From positions 34,968,001-35,032,000 of the forward strand of contig NC_043013.1 of the NCBI RefSeq assembly GCF_006345805.1: DNA of 64,000 bases, given 5' to 3'. The notes under the pieces are model-generated. The model was not told the origin of the DNA, searched no databases, and worked only from the letters and a program-made list of their open reading frames with translations. Positions 52,890 to 64,000 of the stretch are shown here, one piece after another (positions within the stretch are counted from its first letter, which is position 1; each line of letters opens with the position of its first letter). The position numbers and the translations under genes were made by a program. The stretch is from Octopus sinensis. Taxonomy: Eukaryota.

Positions 52890-53100
52890 TCAAAATGTGA
52901 CCGCATGTGTACCGTTGGCGATTTTTTTTCCTCTGTCTTCCCTTCTCTGGATCTTTCTTTCTCCTATTTTTCCGACGAAGAGCTCCGCTCGAAACGTTAA
53001 ACCCTCCTTCTTTCCTTCTTTCCTGAGCGTCCAATAATACTATATTTGTCCCACGTCCTCGCGTTGTTGTGTTTTTTTGTGCTTTCATGTTTGGATTAAT
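52890..53100 (+). mobile_element. Short TA-terminated element with a hammerhead-like motif (52968-53001)
   Basis: ttt CCGACGA a gagc tcc gctc GAAAC GTT aaa. Confidence 0.65.
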
Positions 53101-53344
53101 TTATATATATATATATATATGTTTTGTTCAGGCGATCATCCAAGTTTTATCCAACTTTCTCTTTGGATTTGCATATCTTAACTACTCCCTGAACTTTCTG
53201 CACCCCCCCTCATCTATGTACCAGCACTCCACCTAGATCAGCACTGGATATACTGGCTCTATTTTCATGGATTTCACTGGATTTTTTTCCATTGGTGCTC
53301 CAGTATGACCACACCCGCATGGCTGAAATGAGTAAAAGAGGAAA

Positions 53345-53525
53345 AGATATATATACACACACACACATACAAATGACCTCTTTCAGTTTCTATGTACGAA
53401 ATTCATTCTCAAGGCTTTGGTTGGCCAGAGCAGACTTGTCCAAGGTGCCATGCAGTGAAACTGAACCTGGAACCATATGACTGGAAAGCAAGCTTCTTAT
53501 TGCACAGCCATACCTGAACCTCCAT
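53345..53525 (-). mobile_element. Family A SINE, degenerate 5' half
   Basis: ttgcacagccatacctg head and ctttcagtttc segment. Confidence 0.7.
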
Positions 53526-54577
53526 GTAAAGAATCATAATAGTGATGATGATGGTGATGTTGATGATGACAACGGCAACAACAGCTTCATATTCATATCA
53601 ATTCTGCCAGTATTTAAATGGTGTATCCTTTGCCAACCTCGCAACGATAAAAGAAGAATCGGACTTGCATGGGATTTGAACTCGTGTCATAAAGGGAGGT
53701 AACTAAATACTAAAATAATTATAATAACAAAGATTTGTTTGTTTGCCATATGGGTAACTTATTATTAAAAAGGAAAAAATAAAACAAAAGAACATCTATA
53801 ACAGCAAAAAAACAAAGAGACAACAACAGTAATGATGATGATGTTGATGCTGCTGTTGCTACTGATGATGATGATGGTGATGGTGGTGATGGTGGTGGTG
53901 GTAATGATAACAAGGGCGTTTATAATGAAGATAATCGTTGTAACAATGGGAAGGATAATAATAGTAATGGTTATATTAATGACGATGTTGATGATGATGA
54001 TGATGATGTTGATGATAATGAGGATGATGATAATGGTAATGACTACAGCAATAGCAACAATAATAACTTCTAACATAGGCTGAGGATCACAAATCTTGTG
54101 GGAGGAGGGACATAGTCAATTAGATCAATCCCAGTTCTTGAATATTTTATCGATGTGGGAAGGATGAAAGGAAAAGCTGTGTCTAGTGGGATTTGAACTC
54201 AGAACATAAAGGAACCTAACTAAATATCAAAAGAAGGAGAAGAACAATAATACTAGTAAAGCTTTCTGTATTTGCCACATGGGTAACATGAATACATTAA
54301 AAAAAAATAGCTAAAAACAAAAACAAACAAGAGAAGAAAGCAACAACAATAGCAAAAAAATTTGAAAACAACTACAATAATAACACTGATAATGATGATG
54401 ATGGTGATGATGATGAGCGGAGGAGGAGGAAGAGGAGGCTAAAGATGACGTTTGTAATGAAGATAATCATATTAATGACGATTGCAACATTGATGACGAT
54501 AATAATAGTTAATGGTTATGGCAACGACAATGGTTATGTTGATGAAGATGATGATGATGATAACAACACACATGGTA

Positions 54578-54617
<40 letters not shown>

Positions 54618-55441
54618 TGATGATGATGATTTCTTCTATAATAGCAATAAATGATAAACACCAAAGGAAAAATATCTTGTTTTTTTAAAGGAAAATGAAA
54701 CAGCTTGTTATTATGAGAATTCATTTGTACTTAGGTTTTTTTGTGTTTTTAGCTAGAAAATTCCATGCCAATTTAAATTCCTTTGTCTTCATTCATTAAA
54801 CAAGTAAAGAATACAGATCTTCATGGAACTCTGTTTCCCACCCATTGAAACAAAAAAGCAAAAAACGAAATAAAAATGAATAAATAAATAACAAATAGAG
54901 AAAAAATTATTTTTGAAAAGAAATTTTAAAAATATATTTCATATTTAATTTTTATATTCATTCGTTTATAATAAATTCTTTTAAATATAAATTATTTTTT
55001 TCTAAACTTCTGCTAGAATATGATTTTTTAAGTATTTTTATATTTTGTAGGAGAATTCCCAGAAACAACAAACATAGCAAAAGAAGTGATGTAGAATTAA
55101 AATAAAATAAGAATTTTAAAAAATACTATACAATAAATATGAAAATAAAAAGCCCATACGGGAATTTATTTTAAGAAAAATCAATTAAAAATTAAAATAT
55201 AAATTCCATAAAAAAATATAATAATAATAATAATGATAAGGCTAAATGGAGCAAGACGGGATAAGATGATAAAGAAAATGAGATGTAATTGAATTTAATG
55301 AGATGTTACTTAATAAACCTCTGTTGAAAATCATTAGCAGTGTAAACATCAAGTAAATTGGCGATGTTTTAAGAAGCTTAAAAAAAAAAGTAAGAGAGGG
55401 AAGAATTATCTTAAGAAAATTTAGTAGTAGTAGTAGTAGTA

Positions 55442-55487
<46 letters not shown>

Positions 55488-55935
55488 CAACAACAATAAC
55501 GGTAATACATTCATAAATCTGATGGCTTCATTTGCGAGATTAGCTTTGCAAGATTAGCTTTGTTAAATCTCAGAAATATAAATGAAGGAAAAAAAAAAAT
55601 AATGGAATCAAAATAATAAAATTGAAGTAAAATGTAATATTTAAATTTTTAAAATATAAATACGTGCACATACATGCTCTCACACACACATGCAAACATA
55701 TACATAGAGCATTACGCAGAGCTAATCATAATTAAATCTTTGTATATATTATCACTCTAAATCTGATCTTTTCCCATTCATTAACTGCTCACTCTCATCA
55801 CTGGAGATGATGGAATTATTTACATTTTAATTATGAAATATATATCCATATAATTAATGCATGAATATGTATGTGTGTGTGTGTGTGTATTTATGTGCAT
55901 GTATATATGTATGTATATATGAATACATGTATGTA

Positions 55936-56513
55936 CACAGACATGCAGGAAATAAATAGACACCTTTAATTTTGAAAAATTTCTGATCTGAGCATCTTAA
56001 TATGTTTTCAGCGGTGCAGAATTTACAATGAAATTATTCTTTTTCATTCCAGGTGCCATTATATTAAGCATTTGTGAAGAGTAATCATGCCACGGACAAA
56101 AAATTCAACACAACTGTCAGATTTTCAAAGGGGTCATATTGTTGGGCAATCTGATGTTGGTCTTAGCCAGCAAAAAATTGCTGAAAATCTTCAAATTCCT
56201 CTTGCTACTGTTAATAGAATTATAGTGCAATTCAGTAGCCAAAGAAAAAATCAACAGATACTTGTCCCGTCTGACCTGGGCTCTCGGAAAGGAAGCTTCA
56301 CTGTTTGAAGAGAATTGCGGAAAACAAACCCAGTTCAAAGGCTTCTGACATTGCCAAACAGCTAGAAGTTAGTTCAAGAATGTGTGTTACATATCTGCAT
56401 AAGCTTGGGTATTATGGATGAGCAGCTAGAAGAATACCGCTCCTTCAATCAATTAATATCAAATGAAAGATTTTGAAAACGAAAGGTGTCTATTTACTTC
56501 CTGCATATCTGTG
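55936..56513 (+). mobile_element. Internally deleted Tc1-like DNA transposon with TIRs and TA target site
   Basis: TA|CACAGACATGCAGGAAATAAATAGACACCTTT...AAAGGTGTCTATTTACTTCCTGCATATCTGTG|TA. Confidence 0.88.
56087..56470 (+). pseudogene. Tc1 transposase N-terminal bipartite HTH remnant
   Basis: [20 protein letters not shown]...[25 protein letters not shown], then a frameshifted ASDIAKQLEVSSRMCVTYLHKLGYYG*AARRIPLL. There is no DDE domain. Confidence 0.85.
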
Positions 56514-56984
56514 TATATCTATATTTATAGAGAGAGAAAGTGGGAGATACATGCATACATACATACATATATATGTATGTACATATAAATATATACCAAA
56601 ACAGAAGATTGGAAAAAATTTGATAAATTTTTAATTATTAAAAACACCAAAACTTTTCAGTCTTCCGCAAAGTGAATTCACCCCCAACACTTCAGTTGCT
56701 ATGTTTTTCACATTGAAAGTAAAACATATACATACATACATATATACCACATGCCACATGTTTACAGTGGATAGGAAGTATCTCATGGAGCTGGGGAGTG
56801 AGTGGGATTCTTCTACCTGACAGTTTGCCAGGAAGGACCTCAGAATACACCGATAAATGATTAATGCAGCAATGTGCTGCAATGGTGCATACCCCTACAC
56901 CTGACCAGGCTTACATACATTGGATTAATGTGAACATGTACATGTGCTTCATGAGGACATAACCTGGATTATAATGCCTTATAT

Positions 56985-57131
56985 AATATATAAGACGTGG
57001 AATATGGTAAGAAGCTTGCTTCCCACCACATGGTTCTGGGTTCAGTCTCACTGTGTGGCACCTTGGGCGAGTGTCTTCTACCAAAGCCTTATGAGTGGAT
57101 TTTGGTACATGGAAACTGAAAGAAGCCTGTC

Positions 57132-57163
<32 letters not shown>

Positions 57164-57395
57164 ATTTATTTATTTATTTATTGATGTATGTGTTTTTTTG
57201 TCTGTGTTTGTACTGCTACCATCGTTTGGCAACTGATGTTGGTGTGTTTATGTCCCTGTAATGTAGCAGTTTGGCAAAAGGGACCAATAGAATAAGTACC
57301 AGGCTTACAAAGAATAAGTCCTGGGGTTGATTTCTTCAACTAAATGGCGGTGCCCCAGCATGGCCGCAATCAAATGTCTGAAACAAATGAAAGAA
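56985..57395 (+). mobile_element. Family A SINE, older copy
   Basis: More diverged match to the family A consensus. Confidence 0.85.
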
Positions 57396-57734
57396 TATAT
57401 ATATATATATATATATATATATCCAAATTGAGGAAGTGGAGCAGGTAAAATCTGGGCTACATATGTTTCTGATGTAATAATTGTTCAATCAGGGATACTC
57501 AGCTAGCATCTCATCAGGCTGAGGATACCTTAATTATATGAAAATTGCATTATTGTTAAGCAATCCCAATTTTACTTGCTGAAGATAAATAATTTGAACA
57601 TTGGTTTTTATGCTTACCACGGACTGCTTGAAGCTTACAAACTTCCTACACTTAGATCCTTGAGTTCTTAGAATTACATATCGATACACACACAAACAAA
57701 CATATCCATACAGTTAGTCTTCATAACGATGAAG

Positions 57735-58120
57735 GGCAAAGCTGACCCCAGTGGAATTTGAACTCAGAGCGTAAAGATGGATGAAATGCTGCTAAAGATT
57801 TCGTCTGGTGTGCTAATGATTCTGCCAGGTCACTGCCTTATTAATAACAATAATAATCTTTTCTACTATAGTCACAAGGGCTGAAATTTTGGGGGAAGGT
57901 GGGGGTCAGTCAATTAGATTGACCCTCAGTATGTAACTGGTACTTACTTTATTGACCCCGGAAGGATGAAAGCAAACTTGACCCCGGCGGAATTTGAACT
58001 CAGAACATGAAGACAGATGAAATGCCACAAAGCATTTCACCTAGCACACTAACAATTCTGTCAGCTCACTGCCTTATTAATAATAACAATAATAATAATA
58101 ACAATAATAATAACAACAAC

Positions 58121-58173
<53 letters not shown>

Positions 58174-58410
58174 CAACAACAACAACAATAGTTATAATAA
58201 TGATTTCAAATTTTGGAACAAGGCCAGCAATAAAGGTGAAGATGTATTACATTGATCCTAGTGCTTGACTGGTACTTAATTTATCGACACCAAAAGGATG
58301 AAAGGCAAAGCTGACCTCAGTGGAATTTGAACTCATAACATAAACACAAACAGAATGCCACTGAGTATTTTGTTCAGTATGCTAATGATTTTCCCAGCTT
58401 GCCACCTTTA
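57735..58410 (-). mobile_element. Three tandem family B SINEs (about 57735-57840, 57860-58075, 58205-58410) separated by (TAA)n
   Basis: ggaatttgaactcag/cat...aatgc...ctaatgattctgccag-like segments recur three times. Confidence 0.8.
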
Positions 58411-58529
58411 GATTTAAGATTATATTAACATATAGTTGTTGTCGTTAGTGGTGATTCTGTTTGTCTTTTGGACATCTTTAGTCGTGCAGATTTATGATCA
58501 AAAGCATTCTAGTCTCGGCCATCTTATAT

Positions 58530-58950
58530 AGGTACAGGAGTGGCTGTGTGGTAAGTAGCTTGCTTACGGACCACATGGTTCTGGGTTCAGTCCCACTGCA
58601 TGGCACCTTGGGTAAGTATCTTCTACTATAGCCACAGGCCAACCAAAGCCTTGTGAGTGGATTTGGTCGATGGAAACTGAAAGAAGCCCGTCGTATATAT
58701 GTATATATATGTATGTATGTATGTGTGTGTATATGTTTGTGTGTCTGTGTTTGTCCCCCGACATCGCTTGACAACTGATGCTGGTTTGTTTACGTCCCTG
58801 TAACTTAGTGGTTCGGCAAAAGAGACCGATAGAATAAGTATTAGGCTTCCAAAGAATAAGTCCTGGGGTCAATTTGGTTGACTAAAGGCAGTGCTCCAGC
58901 ATGGCTGCAGTCAAATGACTGAAACAAATGACTGAAAGAGTAAAAGAGTT
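58530..58950 (+). mobile_element. Family A SINE, full length
   Basis: Complete head and tail. Confidence 0.92.
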
Positions 58951-59199
58951 TTAAAGAATGTGGTATTATATTATTCAATGCATCCTTTTCCTTCCCTAAG
59001 ATGGTAGTGTGTATGTGAGGAAGTTTAGGCTGCTATTTCTATCTGATTGAGCGACTACGTAGAGGCTAACTCATTGGCTCATAGACATGTGGCGAGAATG
59101 TATGATGAGAACCAAATGGAGAAACACTGTGAGATGGCGGTTATGTTTTTCAGCAATGGTAGATTAAAGATATCCATGTGACACGTGATAAGAATGGGT

Positions 59200-59330
59200 G
59201 AAAAAGTCTAAGAGATTACGAGATGGCAGTAGCCAAGAGTGGCATTAAATAATGTTGAGGTGTTACAGACATGTGGTAAGATTGGATAATGAGAAGTGGG
59301 TGAAGAGGCACAGAAGGTGAGATGATAGTT
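59200..59330 (+). pseudogene. Degenerate RTE-clade RT C-terminal fragment
   Basis: MLRCYRHVVRLDNEKWVKR resembles RLRWYGHVxRMDxxRWVK. Confidence 0.5.
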
Positions 59331-60122
59331 AGACTAGAAGTCATGTTGCTTCACACGATAAGAAGAATTAATCTTGCCAAGATATCAATATTTCTCTACA
59401 GAACAAAGTACTTAACTCTCCAACATCTGCCAATAACCATGTGGTTGCTTATTATATACTCGAGCAGAGAGAATCAATACTGAAATGTCTTGATCAATAA
59501 AATATGCTTTTAAATAATTAGTGGGTGGTACGAATCTGATATTTAGTAGTGAGAATACAATTGAAGAAATAATTGTTAGCACTGACACCTTTCTTCAACT
59601 AAAGAGGAATTCATATTATCTCAAGATGCTGCCTGACATACAATTGATGTTAAAAGTCCCAATCCATTCATTCACTGGAAGGAATATGAAGGCCACTTCC
59701 AGGCTGATTCTCTGATCCTACTACAAACAGATCAGACAGATTATGATGAGATGCAAGATATCATGAAGGATAAATGTTCGTTGTAATAGATATTCATTAA
59801 TTTGACTCACCAGGCCAGTGTTTCGCTGATTAAAGGTCTTGTTCTCTCTTTCTCTCTCTCTCTCTCTAAATTTAGATTCTCAACAATGCAAGCATTTTAT
59901 TGTATACTTGGTCAGTAACATCTCTGATACAACAACCCCACCAGGTTTGTTTAGAAAATTTACTTAGTAATGGATAAATTCTATAATGCTGTAATGTAAA
60001 TATGCATGTAAAAGTCCCAAGGGGTTGTTGGGATTCGACTGCTTTGTACATATTTTATGGTGTTAAGCTGGAGAGCTATAAAACTTCACCTGGATATAAT
60101 ATTAGACTTCCATTGTTAACAT

Positions 60123-60426
60123 CGTGGAGGCGCAATGGCCCAGTGGTTAGGGCAACGGACTCGGGTCGGAAGATCGCAATTTTGATTCCCACACTGGGCA
60201 TTGTGTGTGTTTATTGAGTGAAAACACCTAAAAGCTCCACGAGGCTCCAACAGGGGGTGGTGGCGACCCCCGTTGTACTCTTTTGCCACGACTTTCTCTC
60301 ACTCTCTCTTCCTGTTTCTTGAATAACACTGTGATGGACTGGCATCCCATCCAGTTGGGGGGAACACATACGCCACAGAAACTGGAAAACCAGGCCCATG
60401 AGCCTGGCTAGGCTTGAAAAGGGTGA
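60123..60426 (+). mobile_element. tRNA-derived SINE, family F (V-domain-like core)
   Basis: Head ggaggcgcaatggcccagtggttagggc, then tgtgatggactggcatcccatccag. Confidence 0.85.
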
Positions 60427-62139
60427 AAGAATTGTTAACATCACCAAAAGAGCTGTTGCCACTTCAGGAGGCTTATGGCTTAGTAGCTAGGGTGTTAGCC
60501 TCATGATTGCAAGATTGTAGTTTCAATTCCTGGACCAGGTAGTGCATTATGTTCTTGAGGAAAACACTTCATTTTATATTGCTCTGGTCTGTTCACCTTT
60601 AAATAGGCAACCCTGAATAGACAGGTATTCCTTTCAGGAGGAATGTTAGTCTGCCTAACTAGTCAGCAGGGAAAGTGTTGCTCCCATGATCCCTTCCCAC
60701 ACCAGCAGCACATTCTATTCTTGAGTAAAACTCTTCATTTCATGTTGCTCTAGCTCAATCAGCTGTAAAAAATAAGTAATCCTGTGACAGACCAACTTAC
60801 TATCCAGGAAGAAATATGTATGCCACAAAAACCAGAAAAATAACCTTATGAGTCTACCAGAAAAACCCATGTAATTTACACGTTTTTTTCTTACAAAAAT
60901 AAAATTAAACTTTAGGGTGCATAAATTAAATGAGTTGATCGTTTACAGAAATTTTTTAGAAATTTTTTTGTTCAAAAAAGACATACAGAACATAAACATT
61001 TGTACTGGAAGGTAACTCATTTAATACCAGAATAAGTTTTTACAGAAAAAATAAGTGCTTAAATATAATGAAGTTGGCTTTTATTTATGCTGGACAGTAT
61101 AATGCTTACATTTTCTGTATAAATTTACAAAACCATTAAATGGTTAACTACTTTCTGAAGTCATGCTGGTAATAATACTCTGGGCCATATTTTACATATT
61201 GATAATTAAACTTAATTTGCAATACCTGTGCATATTTATCGGCTTTGTTTTTGTTGATAATTCTTATCAACAACTTTGCCTGTAAGCATGATTTGAGAAG
61301 GCATACAGCAGTATGCTAAAGATTGAACATAATCTCTTATGGGAAAGAAATGTAAAATAAAGTTTATTATAAACTACACAAACAAATTGTAATTTAATAA
61401 CTTTTAATGTGATACCTGTTAAACAGAAATTATTTTCATTTAATGAAATTTACTAAAATCTAATCATAAGTAAGTGAAATTATGCTAAATACAACTAAAC
61501 TGTAAACCTTTTCTCCCTGGCCATATCAGCAATTCTGAAAATTTTTGGGTGCGAATTTTACATGAGTAGAAGCTTTCTTTAACAATTTTTATCCAGAAAA
61601 TCACCTGCGCAAATTACACAATGGCACAAATTGCATGGATTTTTACAGTATATGACTTGAGAAGGAGTTTTATCCTCTATCCTGCTGCTCTTCCAGATAG
61701 TTATATGAACTGTGGCTGGTACAAATATGTATACTGACCCCAAAATGCCCAACATAATGCAACATTTGCAGTAGATTTGAACATGGGCTAGTTATTCATT
61801 ACATCAGCAGCTCAGAGAGGAAGTCTCTATATGGTAAATAAATTTACTAGAAATAGAAGCCAAATCTTCATCAAATCACTCCTTATTAATCTTGGAAAAG
61901 AAATGAGGGAATAACTTATGCTTTTGTGCATTGTGTTTGGGAAAAAGTTGTGGTGATCACTGCTGGAACACCTTTGATCATAAGCCTGCACAATAGGACA
62001 TGTTTTGGCTAAACATCACCAACAAATGAGAGAGAACATCTATCAGGTCGCTTAATCTACAAGAAATAGCAGTTAAGTCTTACTCAAATTATACTCTACA
62101 GTCTTCAAAATACAAGACAACAAATTTAATAATGTAGTT

Positions 62140-62283
62140 GTTGATACATTATTTACGTTATTTACATTATTTACATTTGATGGATATTTGTTAACACGTT
62201 TTGGCTGATATACCCTCCAGCCTTCATCAGGTGTCTTGGGGAAATTTTGAACCTGGTTTCTCATTTCTAAGGTATTTTTTCGA

Positions 62284-62285
<2 letters not shown>
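62140..62285 (-). mobile_element. Penelope-like terminal fragment with a degenerate hammerhead (62193-62236)
   Basis: Minus strand: gacac CTGATGA aggctg gagggtatat cagcc AAAAC GT gtt. The adjacent acattatttacattatttacatttgatggatatttg segment also occurs at about 24195-24230. Confidence 0.6.
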
Positions 62286-62376
<91 letters not shown>

Positions 62377-62882
62377 CATCATCACCATTCAGGTCACTGC
62401 CTGGAATCGAATTCGGAATCTTGGGGTTATGGTCATGCCTGGAATACCTTAGAACATATGACTGCTACTAGATAAGGATTGACTTGAATTTAAACAACAA
62501 CACATTACAATACTTATTGTAAGTTTAAACACAAATTGCTAGTTCAGTCTTTTACTCACAACCATATTCTATGTCATCCTATAGCAGATCTGAACTCAAG
62601 TCATCACAGTTATGACACATGGAAGGTCGAGTTATCAGTTAATCAACGGTTGGTTTTTCACATGTTTTTCACATGATAGTTTCTCTTGCTGATTCAACGT
62701 GTGTAACCAGAATGCCGGAACACCTTTCCCAGGCAGGTGTAACATAATAAATCCCTTTTTTAAATGCTCGATGTTATTCAGTTATTGTACACAGTTTTTC
62801 CACAAGCTAACCCTAACAACTCATCTTAACAACAACATCAGCACAACACGCAACCAGGCAAAAGCCATCCGTTATTCTTCTG

Positions 62883-63297
62883 TTCCTTTATTTGTTTCAG
62901 TTATTTGACTGCGGCCATGCTGGAGCACCACCTTTAGTTGAACAAATCAACCCCTAGCACTTAATCTTTGTAAGCCTAGTACTTATACTATCAGTCTCTT
63001 TTGGCCAAACTGCTAAGTTATGGTGACGTAAACACATCAACATCGGTTGTCAAGTAATGGTGGGGGACAACTACAAACACACAAAGATACACTCACACAC
63101 TCACACACACACACACTCACACATACACATATATATATGAAGGGATTCTTTCAGTTTCCATCAACCAAATCCACTCACAAGGCTTTAGTCGGCCCAAGGC
63201 TATACTAGAAAATACTTGCCGAAGGTGTCACACAGTGGGACTGAACCCAGAACCATGCAGTTGGAAAGCAAGCTACTTACCACACAGCCACTCCATT
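62883..63297 (-). mobile_element. Family A SINE
   Basis: Reverse-complement, near full-length copy. Confidence 0.88.
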
Positions 63298-63599
63298 GCA
63301 AGGGTTTCTTAAGTTTCTCCCTAATTTGATTTCCATTTCACTTCAGAAACCAGAGGTGTGTTTTGAGACCTTCAGTTGATGACTAACTTAACAGGATGCT
63401 GTTTTTTTAAATTCTTTTTTTGTTGTTGTTGTTTGAAAAGCAAATCATTGTATCATTCAGCTGGACAGATGACTACATCTGATGCTATCTAATTTCCTCT
63501 CATTGAATTCCAGCAGGGTATTAACTCATATTATCAATTAAAGCTGTTTAATCTCAATATACTGTTAATAATTAGCTTATTAATTTGTATCAAGGATCA

Positions 63600-63945
63600 T
63601 CATTATCCTCATCATCATTGTCGTTTAACGTCCGCTTTCCATGCTGGTATGGGTTGGATGGCTTGACTGAGGACTGGCGAGCCAGAAGGCTGCATCAGGC
63701 TCCAATCTGACCTGGCAAAGTTTTTACAGCAGGACGCCCTTCCTAACACCATCCATTCTGAGAGTGTAGTACCTTACTGGCACATGTGCAGGTAAGGCAA
63801 TGCTGGCAACAATCACGCTTGAATGGTGCTTTTTACATGCCACCAGCACAGGAGCCAATCTGCAGCCCTAGCAATGATCATGCTTGGATGGTGCTTTTAA
63901 TGTTCCACTGGCATGGGTGCCAATCAGGCAGTGCTGTCAAGGGTC
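63600..63945 (-). mobile_element. Family C RTE-tail retroposon
   Basis: gtttaacgtccgctttccatgc tail plus internal subrepeats. Confidence 0.8.
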
Positions 63946-64000
63946 GGAAAGAAAATTCAAACAAAATGGAGCATGAAATGCCCCTATGTGCGCATATGTG

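Noticed and set aside
1-64000. Conserved bilaterian miRNAs (miR-10, let-7, miR-1, miR-9, miR-124 and others)
   Set aside because: I saw no mature sequences by eye; this was not an exhaustive search.

Overview
AT-rich, microsatellite-saturated animal genomic DNA. The repeat content (tRNA-derived SINEs, RTE-type tails, R4/Dong-like LINE ends, TA/CA/TATC/TAA/ATG/ACC arrays) looks like a coleoid cephalopod such as Octopus; that is inference, not a database match. No intact host gene can be supported. Almost all ORFs in the supplied track are translations of simple repeats. The recognisable protein-coding sequence is decayed transposon: an R4-clade RLE non-LTR 3' end, a Tc1 transposase N-terminus inside intact TIRs, a pogo/POGK-like remnant, and small CR1 and RTE RT fragments. 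The window reads as a large intron or gene desert with a few weak candidate exons. The most interesting signals are (1) a variant minimal hammerhead-ribozyme-like motif recurring in five short TA-embedded elements, plus one degenerate canonical-core copy; (2) a train of five retroposons stacked in one (TAA)n tract, including a non-tRNA short element that may be mobilised by the Dong-like LINE; (3) a miniature higher-order satellite built on a 20-bp monomer; and (4) several foldback MITEs and inverted SINE pairs that could form dsRNA. Coordinates were read by eye and may be off by a few bases, more for degenerate repeats.
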